DNA of 64,000 nucleotides, from NCBI GenBank assembly GCA_964220215.1, contig CAXPTH010000022.1, positions 194 to 64,193 on the forward strand, in the 5' to 3' direction. A program made the position numbers and the translations under genes. Within the stretch, counting starts at the first letter, position 1. Every line of letters begins with the position of its first letter. The stretch is from Alteromonas sp. Lineage in GTDB: Bacteria; Margulisbacteria; Marinamargulisbacteria; UBA6595. The notes beneath the pieces were generated by a model. That model saw only the letters and a list, made by a program, of their open reading frames with translations, ran no database searches and was not told the origin of the DNA. This document shows positions 7,811 through 16,210 of the stretch, one piece after another.

Positions 7811-8502
7811 AAACAATTGCGGTGGTTGGTTTGGGCGAGTTTGGGATTCAGGTGGCTGTGGAGCTGTCCCAAAAGGGGTTTTATGTTATTGGCATTGATA
7901 ATCAAGAATCCGCCATTGACGATGTTAAAGATCGGGTGAATCAGGCGGTTATTTTAGATTCAACAGACGAGTCTGCTATGCGGGCGGTGAATGTTGATAA
8001 TGTGGATGTGGCCGTGGTGTCCATCGGGTCCAATGTGCAATCCAGTTTATTAACGGCAGCCTTGCTGAAAAAATTTGACATTAAAAATATCTATGTGCGC
8101 TCCATTGATGAATTGCAAGAAAGCATTCTGGAATCCATGAAAATTAAGAATATTATTAACATTGCCAAAGAGATGGGCAAGCAGTTATCGCGGTCGATTT
8201 CGTCTGAAACAGTGAAATACATTGAAATTTCCAATCGGCATTCGATTGTGGAAATGCATGTGCCCAGTCAATTTGTTGGCAAGAGTTTGGCCGAATTAAA
8301 GCTGAGACGCCGCTTTGCCATCAATGTGATTGGAATTAAAACCCGAAAGATCGAAGTTGACGATGATGGGGACGTTTCCTTTATTGAAGATATGGCCGAT
8401 ATTCCGGATCCAACGTATACGATTCAAAAAGACGATATTTTGATTGTGTTGGGAACCAATGAAAAAATCGAAGCGTTATTGGAATTAGGAGCCGATGCAT
8501 GA
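7807..8502 (+). CDS. ktrA: K+ uptake peripheral subunit KtrA/TrkA (RCK domain)
   Basis: 231 aa. Rossmann motif VVGLGEFG at the N-terminus and a TrkA_C-like C-terminus. 4-nt overlap with ktrB. Confidence 0.85.
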   Translation: MKTIAVVGLGEFGIQVAVELSQKGFYVIGIDNQESAIDDVKDRVNQAVILDSTDESAMRAVNVDNVDVAVVSIGSNVQSSLLTAALLKKFDIKNIYVRSIDELQESILESMKIKNIINIAKEMGKQLSRSISSETVKYIEISNRHSIVEMHVPSQFVGKSLAELKLRRRFAINVIGIKTRKIEVDDDGDVSFIEDMADIPDPTYTIQKDDILIVLGTNEKIEALLELGADA

Positions 8503-9191
8503 CGTTGGGTTTCAAGTGGTTCGTATCGGTGCTGAGCGTGATTCTATTGAGCAGCGTGCCCCATGGATACAGTATTTATCAGCATGGTTGGTATGCCTCG
8601 CATCAATGGGTAACGGCGGGGGCAACCGCAGTGGCCCTGGGTGTTCTTGGGGCGTTTGGGTATTATGTAGAGCGAAAAACCGTTCGCATTATTAACGAAA
8701 CCTGTCAAAAAGCCATGGCCGAGCGCCGATTGGCTAACTTGTTTCCTGATTTTTATCAGGCAATTACGCGAAAAGGCTTGCTTGAGAATTTGCAAACTAT
8801 TTTTAATATGTTTAAATCGTTGGATCATTTAAAGTCAGCCCGGGTGTCCTTGGAGGTTAAAACGGTCAAGCTATTGTCCAACAGCATTCAAGAAGGCGTT
8901 GTCTTGGTGAATAAAGATAAAGTTGTGAGTTACATCAATGCGCAAGCCGAGCAAATATTGCGTTTAATTCCTGGGGAAGGTACCGGCGATACGATTACGC
9001 GGCACATTCATCATGCAGACATTGTAAAGGCTCTGGACTTGGCCCTAGATTCTGAAGAGAAAACAACCGATTTGCTGGTGGAGCATGCCGAGGACTCGTT
9101 TTTTGTCACGGTCTTGCCCATTCACGATCGATTTGGAACGGTGTCGCGCGCATTATTCGTATTAAAACGCAAACAGGAAGAACAATCATGA
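8499..9191 (+). CDS. Membrane protein with a PAS-like domain and no output domain
   Basis: Two N-terminal hydrophobic helices, then SIQEGVVLVNKDKVVSYINAQAEQILRL...FFVTVLPI, which resembles a PAS core. It overlaps both neighbours by 4 nt. Confidence 0.5.
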   Translation: MTLGFKWFVSVLSVILLSSVPHGYSIYQHGWYASHQWVTAGATAVALGVLGAFGYYVERKTVRIINETCQKAMAERRLANLFPDFYQAITRKGLLENLQTIFNMFKSLDHLKSARVSLEVKTVKLLSNSIQEGVVLVNKDKVVSYINAQAEQILRLIPGEGTGDTITRHIHHADIVKALDLALDSEEKTTDLLVEHAEDSFFVTVLPIHDRFGTVSRALFVLKRKQEEQS

Positions 9192-11374
9192 GCTTATCGC
9201 CATCAGACTATCATCAATTAACGCAGTTGTTGGGGCGTGAGCCCACCGATGTTGAGGCGTGCGTCGTTGACGTCATGTGGTCGGAGCATTGCTCGTATAA
9301 GAGCACACGGCCATTGCTAAAGCGTTTCCCGGTTCGGGCGAAATCGGTTGTTGTGGGTGTGGGTGAAGACGCGGGCATCGTGGCGTTTGCTGAGCATGAT
9401 GGAACGCAGTATGGTTTGGCGGTGTCGCATGAGTCCCACAACCATCCCTCGCAAATCTTACCCATTGAAGGTGCGGCAACGGGTGTGGGGGGCGTCGTTC
9501 GGGATGTGTATTGCATGGGCGCCGATGTTATTGGCGTGTTGAATTCTTTACATTTTGGCCAAGGCACCTGGCACACGGATCACATTGCGACCCAAGTAGT
9601 CCAAGGGGTTGGGGATTATGCCAATCCGTTGGGGGTTCCGGTATTGGCGGGTGAAACGGTCTACCACCCCAGTTACAACGACAACTGCTTGGTCAATGTG
9701 GCGGCGGTTGGCTTGGTGGCGTTGGACCAGATTATTCATAGTTATGTGCCAGAAGCCGCTAAAACAGAGCCGTATGACTTGATTTTATTGGGCAAATCAA
9801 CCGATGCAACCGGATTTGGTGGGGCCACATTTTCATCGGTTACGTTGGATCAATCCGATGCGACGACCAACATTGGGGCGGTTCAAGTCCATGATCCGTT
9901 TTTAAAGCGAGTCTTAGTGAACGTGTTAAACGCAATTTGGGCGTATGTTCGGGATACCGGCATTGCGGTTGGCTGCAAAGACTTGGGTGCGGGTGGGATT
10001 GCCTGTGCAACATCTGAAATTACCAGTGCATCGGGGTTTGGGGCGCGGGTTATTCTGGATCAAGTGAACACATCGGTGTCGCATTTAGACCCCAAAGTGA
10101 TTGCCTGTTCAGAAACTCAGGAGCGATTTTGCTTGGCGGTTCCCCGTACGCACACCGCAGCCATTATGGCCATTGCCAATGATACGTATGCCATGGGGGA
10201 TACGTATCCCCAGGCTGGAGCTGTGGTGATTGGCGAGGTTGTCCAAGCCCCACGCTATGTGGTTGAGCATCAGGGTCAAGTGGTATGTGATCTGCCCATT
10301 TCAATTATTACAACGGATGTGCTAGTCGAGCGTGTTGCGGCCAATCGAACCGTGGCGTCCGGGCAAGTTGATCGCGTTCCCAGCTTGGATGCCAATGCGA
10401 TTGCATCGGTCATTCAGCAGGTAATCGCCCATACGGCAGCGGTGCCCAAAGCGTATGTGTATCGGCGGTTTGATCACGGGGTTCGTGGGGATACCATTGT
10501 ATCGCCGGGTGAGGCTGGTGCTGGGGTTGTGGCCCCCATTCCGGGGTGTCTGAGTGCGGTGGCCGTGAGCATTGATAGCAATCATTACGGGCTATTAAAC
10601 CCGTATCAATCCGGTGCAGTGGCGGTGGCTGAAGCGGTACGCAATGTGGTGGCTGTGGGGGGATCTCCCGTGGCATTGACCGATTGTTTGAACTATGGCA
10701 ATCCAGAAAAACCCGATGTATTTTTTGATATTCAAGAAGGCATTCAAGGCATTGCGGATGCCGCCACTGCTTTGGGTGGTGCTGAGCCGTTGCCGGTTAT
10801 TTCAGGCAATGTGAGTTTGTATAATGAGTCCAAAACAGGATCATCGGTATGTCCGTCACCGGTGGTGCTTGCCTTGGGAACGGTGTCTGATTTTCGCCAA
10901 TCGGTGACCATGGCATTTAAAGTGGTTGGGTCAACGCTGCTATGGGTCGGCCAGTCCGCTCCTCAATTTGGGGGCACAGTGATTGCGGATGTGTTATCCG
11001 ATGCCGGCTTTTTGGCCGTTCCAGAGGTGGATTTAGTGCGTGAAAAACAACAAAATGATTGGTGTTTGGCTGCAATACATGCTGGCCACGTGTTGAGTTG
11101 TCATGATATTGCAACGGGCGGATTAATTGTGACCCTCGTTGAGATGCTGGGGGGCGCAACGGGTCATGGAACGATTGGGTGTTCGGTAGCGTTGAACCCA
11201 GATACGCTATTTACAGATTGTTTTTCAGAATCTGGGGGGTATGTAGTGGAAGTGCCCAGTGATCGGGTTCAACCCTTGCTAAGCACCGCAGGGTCTGTGC
11301 CAGTTCGAGTGTTGGGCCACACGATCCAAGATTCAAGTATTACGGTGAATCAAATGGAGGTGTATCGATCATGA
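9188..11374 (+). CDS. purL: Phosphoribosylformylglycinamidine synthase subunit PurL (FGAM synthase II)
   Basis: 728 aa; MWSEHCSYKS, VSHESHNHPS and duplicated AIR-synthase-like halves. Confidence 0.93.
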   Translation: MSLSPSDYHQLTQLLGREPTDVEACVVDVMWSEHCSYKSTRPLLKRFPVRAKSVVVGVGEDAGIVAFAEHDGTQYGLAVSHESHNHPSQILPIEGAATGVGGVVRDVYCMGADVIGVLNSLHFGQGTWHTDHIATQVVQGVGDYANPLGVPVLAGETVYHPSYNDNCLVNVAAVGLVALDQIIHSYVPEAAKTEPYDLILLGKSTDATGFGGATFSSVTLDQSDATTNIGAVQVHDPFLKRVLVNVLNAIWAYVRDTGIAVGCKDLGAGGIACATSEITSASGFGARVILDQVNTSVSHLDPKVIACSETQERFCLAVPRTHTAAIMAIANDTYAMGDTYPQAGAVVIGEVVQAPRYVVEHQGQVVCDLPISIITTDVLVERVAANRTVASGQVDRVPSLDANAIASVIQQVIAHTAAVPKAYVYRRFDHGVRGDTIVSPGEAGAGVVAPIPGCLSAVAVSIDSNHYGLLNPYQSGAVAVAEAVRNVVAVGGSPVALTDCLNYGNPEKPDVFFDIQEGIQGIADAATALGGAEPLPVISGNVSLYNESKTGSSVCPSPVVLALGTVSDFRQSVTMAFKVVGSTLLWVGQSAPQFGGTVIADVLSDAGFLAVPEVDLVREKQQNDWCLAAIHAGHVLSCHDIATGGLIVTLVEMLGGATGHGTIGCSVALNPDTLFTDCFSESGGYVVEVPSDRVQPLLSTAGSVPVRVLGHTIQDSSITVNQMEVYRS

Positions 11375-12948
11375 TTCGAATCATAATCATGGGTATTGTA
11401 TTCGCGGTGGGGGTTTCGGCATTGGATACCGATGGGGTGTTTATTAAAAAGACAATTGTGTCCCCGGAATCCGCATGGGTATTTTCAACTGTTGAAGAGA
11501 ATGATCGGTATTTGGGCGATAAATTTTCAAGGTCATTGGCTAAGAAAATCAAGCGCATGAAGCGATTCGATACGGTTCAATTTGACTCGTCGGTGTTTCA
11601 GCCGGTTTATGAAGCGATTCATGCAACCAGTACGGCCAATGCGGACTTGTTGGTGACCGCCCTTGAATCGCATGTGTTGGATGATGTTGAAGCGATGCTC
11701 ATGAGCAATGCATACCAAAAGCGACGGGTGCGTGCGATTCAGCAGCGTCGGGGGGTTGGTTTTGCCCAAACCAAGGGGAAGTCCGATGCGTATACGATGG
11801 GAGAAATGCAGATTTTAATGAATTCGGTGTATGTGTATATTCCGTATATTCGGTCGGCAGATACCGTCAAGGTTGAGGGAGAAAACCCGGTAACCGTGCG
11901 CACCATCACGGGGGGCATGCTGTGGTACAACGTGCAAATGAGTCCAACGGGCAGTGTTACCCTCGTTCCAGTTCAAGAGGTTGAACGGACCAGTTTTATG
12001 GCACTGCCCTCATCCATGGCGATTGAGCCCCTCATGGATGCTGGTATTATGCGGGCATTGCTGAGTAAAACGATTAAGGCGACAAAATCCATGCCAATGT
12101 TCACATTGGTTTCAAAAACAACCAGTGTGTCGGGCCGAGACTATACCCTGTCCCTCACTAAAGACAGTGGGGCCAATTTAGACGACTTGTTTTTCTTGCA
12201 AGAGGATATGGAAAGCGATGCGGGGGGGATTGAACGAAAAACGGTGGGTTTGTTGCGGATTACCCAATCATCCCGCGATGATTGGGCCCATGGGTATCAG
12301 CACATTGGTTCGGTGCGCGATCGCGGAAGCTATGTGATTGAATCGCCGCGCCGGGGCTTCCAACTGGGTGCTGGCGTTCATTACGCTGGGGATATTCAGT
12401 CGTCGCGGATCTTGAGTTATTTGGACAACGATCAAATCCCAACGCTTCCATTTGATACAGCCCTGGGTTGGCAGGCGAGTTTGGATTATAATGTGGGGCG
12501 ACATATCGGGATTTCACAGTTGTTTGTGGGGGTTGATTATTCTCGGGCCGACTTGCAATCCAATTCTGGAGCGTCGACCCAAGGCGATAATCGGATCGAG
12601 ACATATCACACCCGATTGTCTAAAAAGTTTTGGTGGCAACGCCATGCCGTTCGGGTTGATGTGGGCACCGGAACGGAGCGTGTCCAGGCGTCTGATACCG
12701 TTCGGTTAAGAAACTATGAACTTAAAATCCGATCCATGAAGTACGGAATTGGGTATGAATTTATGCTGAGCCCCCGCTGGTTGTTTGCCGCCACAGCGAC
12801 CCAACATCGGATGTTTCGTTTGAGTCAATTGTCCTACACGCTTGATGGCATACCTTACCACTTCTCAAATTCGGATGCCCGCCAACTGGGGATCCAATAC
12901 AACCGGGGGTATATGACGTATCAGTGTGGGCTTCGGATTGACTTTTAG
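11371..12948 (+). CDS. Predicted outer-membrane beta-barrel protein of unknown function
   Basis: N-terminal signal-like MIRIIIMGIVFAVGVSALD. The C-terminus ...YQCGLRIDF has alternating hydrophobics and a terminal Phe (OMP beta-signal). The C-terminal 180 aa are rich in short amphipathic strands. Confidence 0.55.
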   Translation: MIRIIIMGIVFAVGVSALDTDGVFIKKTIVSPESAWVFSTVEENDRYLGDKFSRSLAKKIKRMKRFDTVQFDSSVFQPVYEAIHATSTANADLLVTALESHVLDDVEAMLMSNAYQKRRVRAIQQRRGVGFAQTKGKSDAYTMGEMQILMNSVYVYIPYIRSADTVKVEGENPVTVRTITGGMLWYNVQMSPTGSVTLVPVQEVERTSFMALPSSMAIEPLMDAGIMRALLSKTIKATKSMPMFTLVSKTTSVSGRDYTLSLTKDSGANLDDLFFLQEDMESDAGGIERKTVGLLRITQSSRDDWAHGYQHIGSVRDRGSYVIESPRRGFQLGAGVHYAGDIQSSRILSYLDNDQIPTLPFDTALGWQASLDYNVGRHIGISQLFVGVDYSRADLQSNSGASTQGDNRIETYHTRLSKKFWWQRHAVRVDVGTGTERVQASDTVRLRNYELKIRSMKYGIGYEFMLSPRWLFAATATQHRMFRLSQLSYTLDGIPYHFSNSDARQLGIQYNRGYMTYQCGLRIDF

Positions 12949-12976
12949 TTAAAAAAATTGTAAAATTGAGGTTATT

Positions 12977-14250
12977 ATGAAAAAAACAACGTACACAATT
13001 CTTATTGCTTTACTCCTTTCGTTTGGCGTGTATGCCAGTGGCCCTGTGTCTAAACAAGCGACGTTGATTGATTCGACGTCATCTTCAGAAGTGTTGCTTG
13101 AAGTGACGGGCATTTATAAATCGGATGAGCGCAGCAAGGGCAAAAAACGCAAAGATATCAAGAAAAATGGGGTCAAAAAAGCCCTGGATGATTCGCGAAA
13201 AGCGGCGGTGTATTTTTTGCTATTGAGTGGCACGGATCCCATTTTAACCCAAGATTCTGAAAAACTAGCCTTTAAGGCCATTGAAGATAGTTTTTTGATA
13301 TAAATACGATTCTAGGCTTTATTAGTTACGAAGATGGGGTTCCAAAAACCAAAGTGCTAACGGACGGAGAAACAGGGATTCGCGTGGTTCAGCAAGTTAA
13401 AGTGAACAAAGAGGCCTTGATTCTAGATTTAGAAAAACGGGGTGTTTTGATTGAAAAAGATGACCTTTTAGACCAGATTGGAAACCCATTTATTATGGTA
13501 CTGCCATCAGTATCGGATAATAAAAACCCCTTAGATCTGATCAAACAAGATGCAAATTTGGGGCATGCCGCTGCGGTTATTCAAAGTTTATTAACGGCGC
13601 GTCAGTACGATGTGGTCTTGCCCGATCAACAGCAATTCTTAAATGATCTCGTGGACGGTCAGTTATCTCTCAAAGATATTCCAACCGATATGGCGTACCA
13701 AATGGCCCTGTCTGTGGGTAGTGATATTTATATCGATTTTGAACTGTCAGAAAGTGATGCTGGGTATGGCACCAAGCGGATGGCTGTTCGAGTCCGTGCG
13801 TTTGAAACCACCACGGCTCGATTGTTGGGGTCTGAAACGGGGTACAGTGAGGCTCGATCCGGGGATGACATGGTGTCCATTGAAGAGGCGATGTTGTCCG
13901 CTTTAGACAATGTATTGGCCCGTGTTACAACGTATTGGAAGAAAGATATTTACAAGGGATTGCAGTACAAAGTTATCGTATCCATTGACGGCGGGTTTAG
14001 TCCCAACAATCTTGAGCAGGTGCAAGACAGTGTCGTAGATAGCATGAGCGCCGTATCCTTAAAAACAAAAGAACAAATTGTAACGGATCAGACCTTGGAT
14101 TATGTATTGTGGGTAGATCCCAATGATTACCCAACGTCTCGTCAAGTCTGGCGAAAAATTCGCTCGGAGTTCCGGGACTTAACCCGCATGGGTGAGATTG
14201 CATTGGCCAATCAAAATCGTAAGTTGTTAATTCTTCGGATTACCCCATAA
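12977..14250 (+). CDS. Probable single exported protein gene split by a frameshift at a T6 run (track ORFs 12977..13303 and 13354..14250)
   Basis: Signal peptide MKKTTYTILIALLLSFGVYAS. The first frame stops at 13301..13303. The second frame is open from 13291. One extra T in 13291..13296 would give ...AIEDSFFDINTILGFISYEDGVPKTKVLTDGETGIRV... as one continuous ORF. Confidence 0.6.
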
Positions 14251-14252
14251 CC

Positions 14253-15581
14253 ATGCGAGTCTGGTTATTGATTGCGTTGGGTATACTATGTGTGCCGTTG
14301 GTTGCGGCCGAGCCGGATTGGTTTCGAAACCCAACCCAAACGGAGTATTCAGTAGAAACCCATTGGTTTGGGGTTGGGAATGCGGCTCAGCTGAAGCGCG
14401 CCATTGATGAAGCCAAAGCAACCTTGGCTGGCCAGATTGAAACCACAATATCCCAAAAAACAACGATGACAGATAGCGAAACCCATGTGGGATCGGTGAG
14501 TCAGTATCGGCGGTCCCGTCAATCGGAAATTCGCAGTACCATTCGCCAAACGTTGGCCAACGCTCAAATTGTTAAGCAAGTCAAGGATCGTGGGGGGTAT
14601 TATGTACTGGTTGTCTTAGACAAGGCGCAGTATCGGTCTGGATTATACAGTCAGTTGCAGCAACTAAATCGAGACTTGAATACAGAATCCTTGTATCAAG
14701 GCTTGTTGGAAAGCGCACAGCGCTACGATAAAGCCTTGGATAAGTTTGATGCATTATTGGCGAAAGCCAAGGATTATGACACACTGGTGTCTTTGTATAA
14801 TTATGTGTCTCCCGAACCGTTTTTGCCCCAGCATAGTGGGTTAACGTTAACCGATATTCAGGGAAAAAAAACAGCCTATGTGTCTGAATTTTCGCTTGAG
14901 TTGGATACGCCGGCAGATGTGTCAACGGCATTGGGCAAACAGTCGGATAGCCCTGTGCGGTTGCGGATGCGCTGGAAAGACAATCCGGTGACTAATTTTG
15001 TTATTCGGGTGGCGTACAGCGATACTACGGTATTGGGCGATTATACAACGGATGCGTCGGGTTATGTTGAGTTTCAGCCCTATGGATTGCCCTTGTCCGC
15101 CAGTGATCAATATATAACAGCCGGGGTCCACTTGCAGGGCCGTGCGCAGCAGTGGCAGGCCGATATGCCGGCCCCGTTACAAATTCCGTACACCGTGCGG
15201 GACTTGCGCTACACCCCGATTACACTGGTGGTTGAGTCGGATGACAGGGCGTGGGATAAGTATCTCGATCGCCCCTTGCGATCCGCCTTCAGCGCTCTGG
15301 GGTATTCGGTTGAAAATTCGGGGTCTATTTCGGTTCAAGTTCGGATTGATGTTGAGGACGAAAAGACCATGGGTTCTTACCAAAAAAACAATTACTATAT
15401 GGCCGGAAGCCTTGTGCTGACCGCCAGTCACAATGGCCAAGCGTCTATGGCGCCGGTGGCTATTCCATTTAAAGCATTAGCGAAAAATCGGAAAAAAGCA
15501 ATTCAAAAAATTGCAGATGATGTGGTGTTTCCGAAAATTCGTTTGCTTGAGTTATTAGCGTCAACAGGAGGTATAGAATGA
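14253..15581 (+). CDS. Exported protein with an LPP20/FlgT-N-like N-terminal region
   Basis: Signal peptide MRVWLLIALGILCVPLVAA, then EPDWFRNP...WFGVGNA...AIDEAKATLAGQIETTIS, a pattern I associate with LPP20-type lipoprotein domains. The remainder is unassigned. Confidence 0.5.
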   Translation: MRVWLLIALGILCVPLVAAEPDWFRNPTQTEYSVETHWFGVGNAAQLKRAIDEAKATLAGQIETTISQKTTMTDSETHVGSVSQYRRSRQSEIRSTIRQTLANAQIVKQVKDRGGYYVLVVLDKAQYRSGLYSQLQQLNRDLNTESLYQGLLESAQRYDKALDKFDALLAKAKDYDTLVSLYNYVSPEPFLPQHSGLTLTDIQGKKTAYVSEFSLELDTPADVSTALGKQSDSPVRLRMRWKDNPVTNFVIRVAYSDTTVLGDYTTDASGYVEFQPYGLPLSASDQYITAGVHLQGRAQQWQADMPAPLQIPYTVRDLRYTPITLVVESDDRAWDKYLDRPLRSAFSALGYSVENSGSISVQVRIDVEDEKTMGSYQKNNYYMAGSLVLTASHNGQASMAPVAIPFKALAKNRKKAIQKIADDVVFPKIRLLELLASTGGIE

Positions 15582-16177
15582 TAAAACGATATGGTAGTGT
15601 GTTGGGTGTGGTAATTATTGCCTTAACGATCTTGCATGGATGTGGGGCACCCGAAGAGTATGTGGGCATGGAAACCGTGGTGGAAACCAGTCAGAAAAAA
15701 GTGCCAAAGTGGGTTAAAAAACCACCGCAGCCCAGTCGAAAATACTATTACTTTGTTGGGCAAGAAGATGGTAAAACCCGTAGCGATGTGTATGCGTATC
15801 AGCGCGCGATGTCTGAAATTAGTTCCTTTTTAAATACACGGGCGCAGACCTTGTATTCACAAAAAGAAACGGGTGATGGGCTGAACACATTGAGCAAATA
15901 CCGAGAAAGTTATATTCAGCTGGTATCCAACGCGTCAATTCGGGGTGCTTTGCGACAAGATCGCTATATGGAAAAAATCAAAAAAACCATGGACAATGGC
16001 CATGATCGATTTTTCCGACATTATGTGTTGGTGGCAATTAGCAAAAAAGATTTAAAAGCGAGTGAAGAGCGAACCTTAGCTCAACAAATTGACACGGCAA
16101 AAGCAACAGATCCAGATGCAGCGGATGCATTGATCGCCATTCAATCCATTATTCAGCAAACGGTTATTGAAGAGTAA
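15578..16177 (+). CDS. Lipoprotein, LPP20-like
   Basis: Lipobox LHGC in MIKRYGSVLGVVIIALTILHGCG. Then VPKWVKKPP...YYYFVGQEDG...AYQRAMSEISSFL. 4-nt overlap with the upstream gene. Confidence 0.55.
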   Translation: MIKRYGSVLGVVIIALTILHGCGAPEEYVGMETVVETSQKKVPKWVKKPPQPSRKYYYFVGQEDGKTRSDVYAYQRAMSEISSFLNTRAQTLYSQKETGDGLNTLSKYRESYIQLVSNASIRGALRQDRYMEKIKKTMDNGHDRFFRHYVLVAISKKDLKASEERTLAQQIDTAKATDPDAADALIAIQSIIQQTVIEE

Positions 16178-16203
16178 GCCGTAATGCTACGGTTTGGGTT
16201 CCT
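16178..16203 (+). terminator. Weak hairpin after the envelope cluster
   Basis: gccgta-atgc-tacggt followed by ttgggttcctttg. The stem is short with one G-U pair and only a modest T tract. Confidence 0.25.
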
Positions 16204-16210
16204 TTGATTC

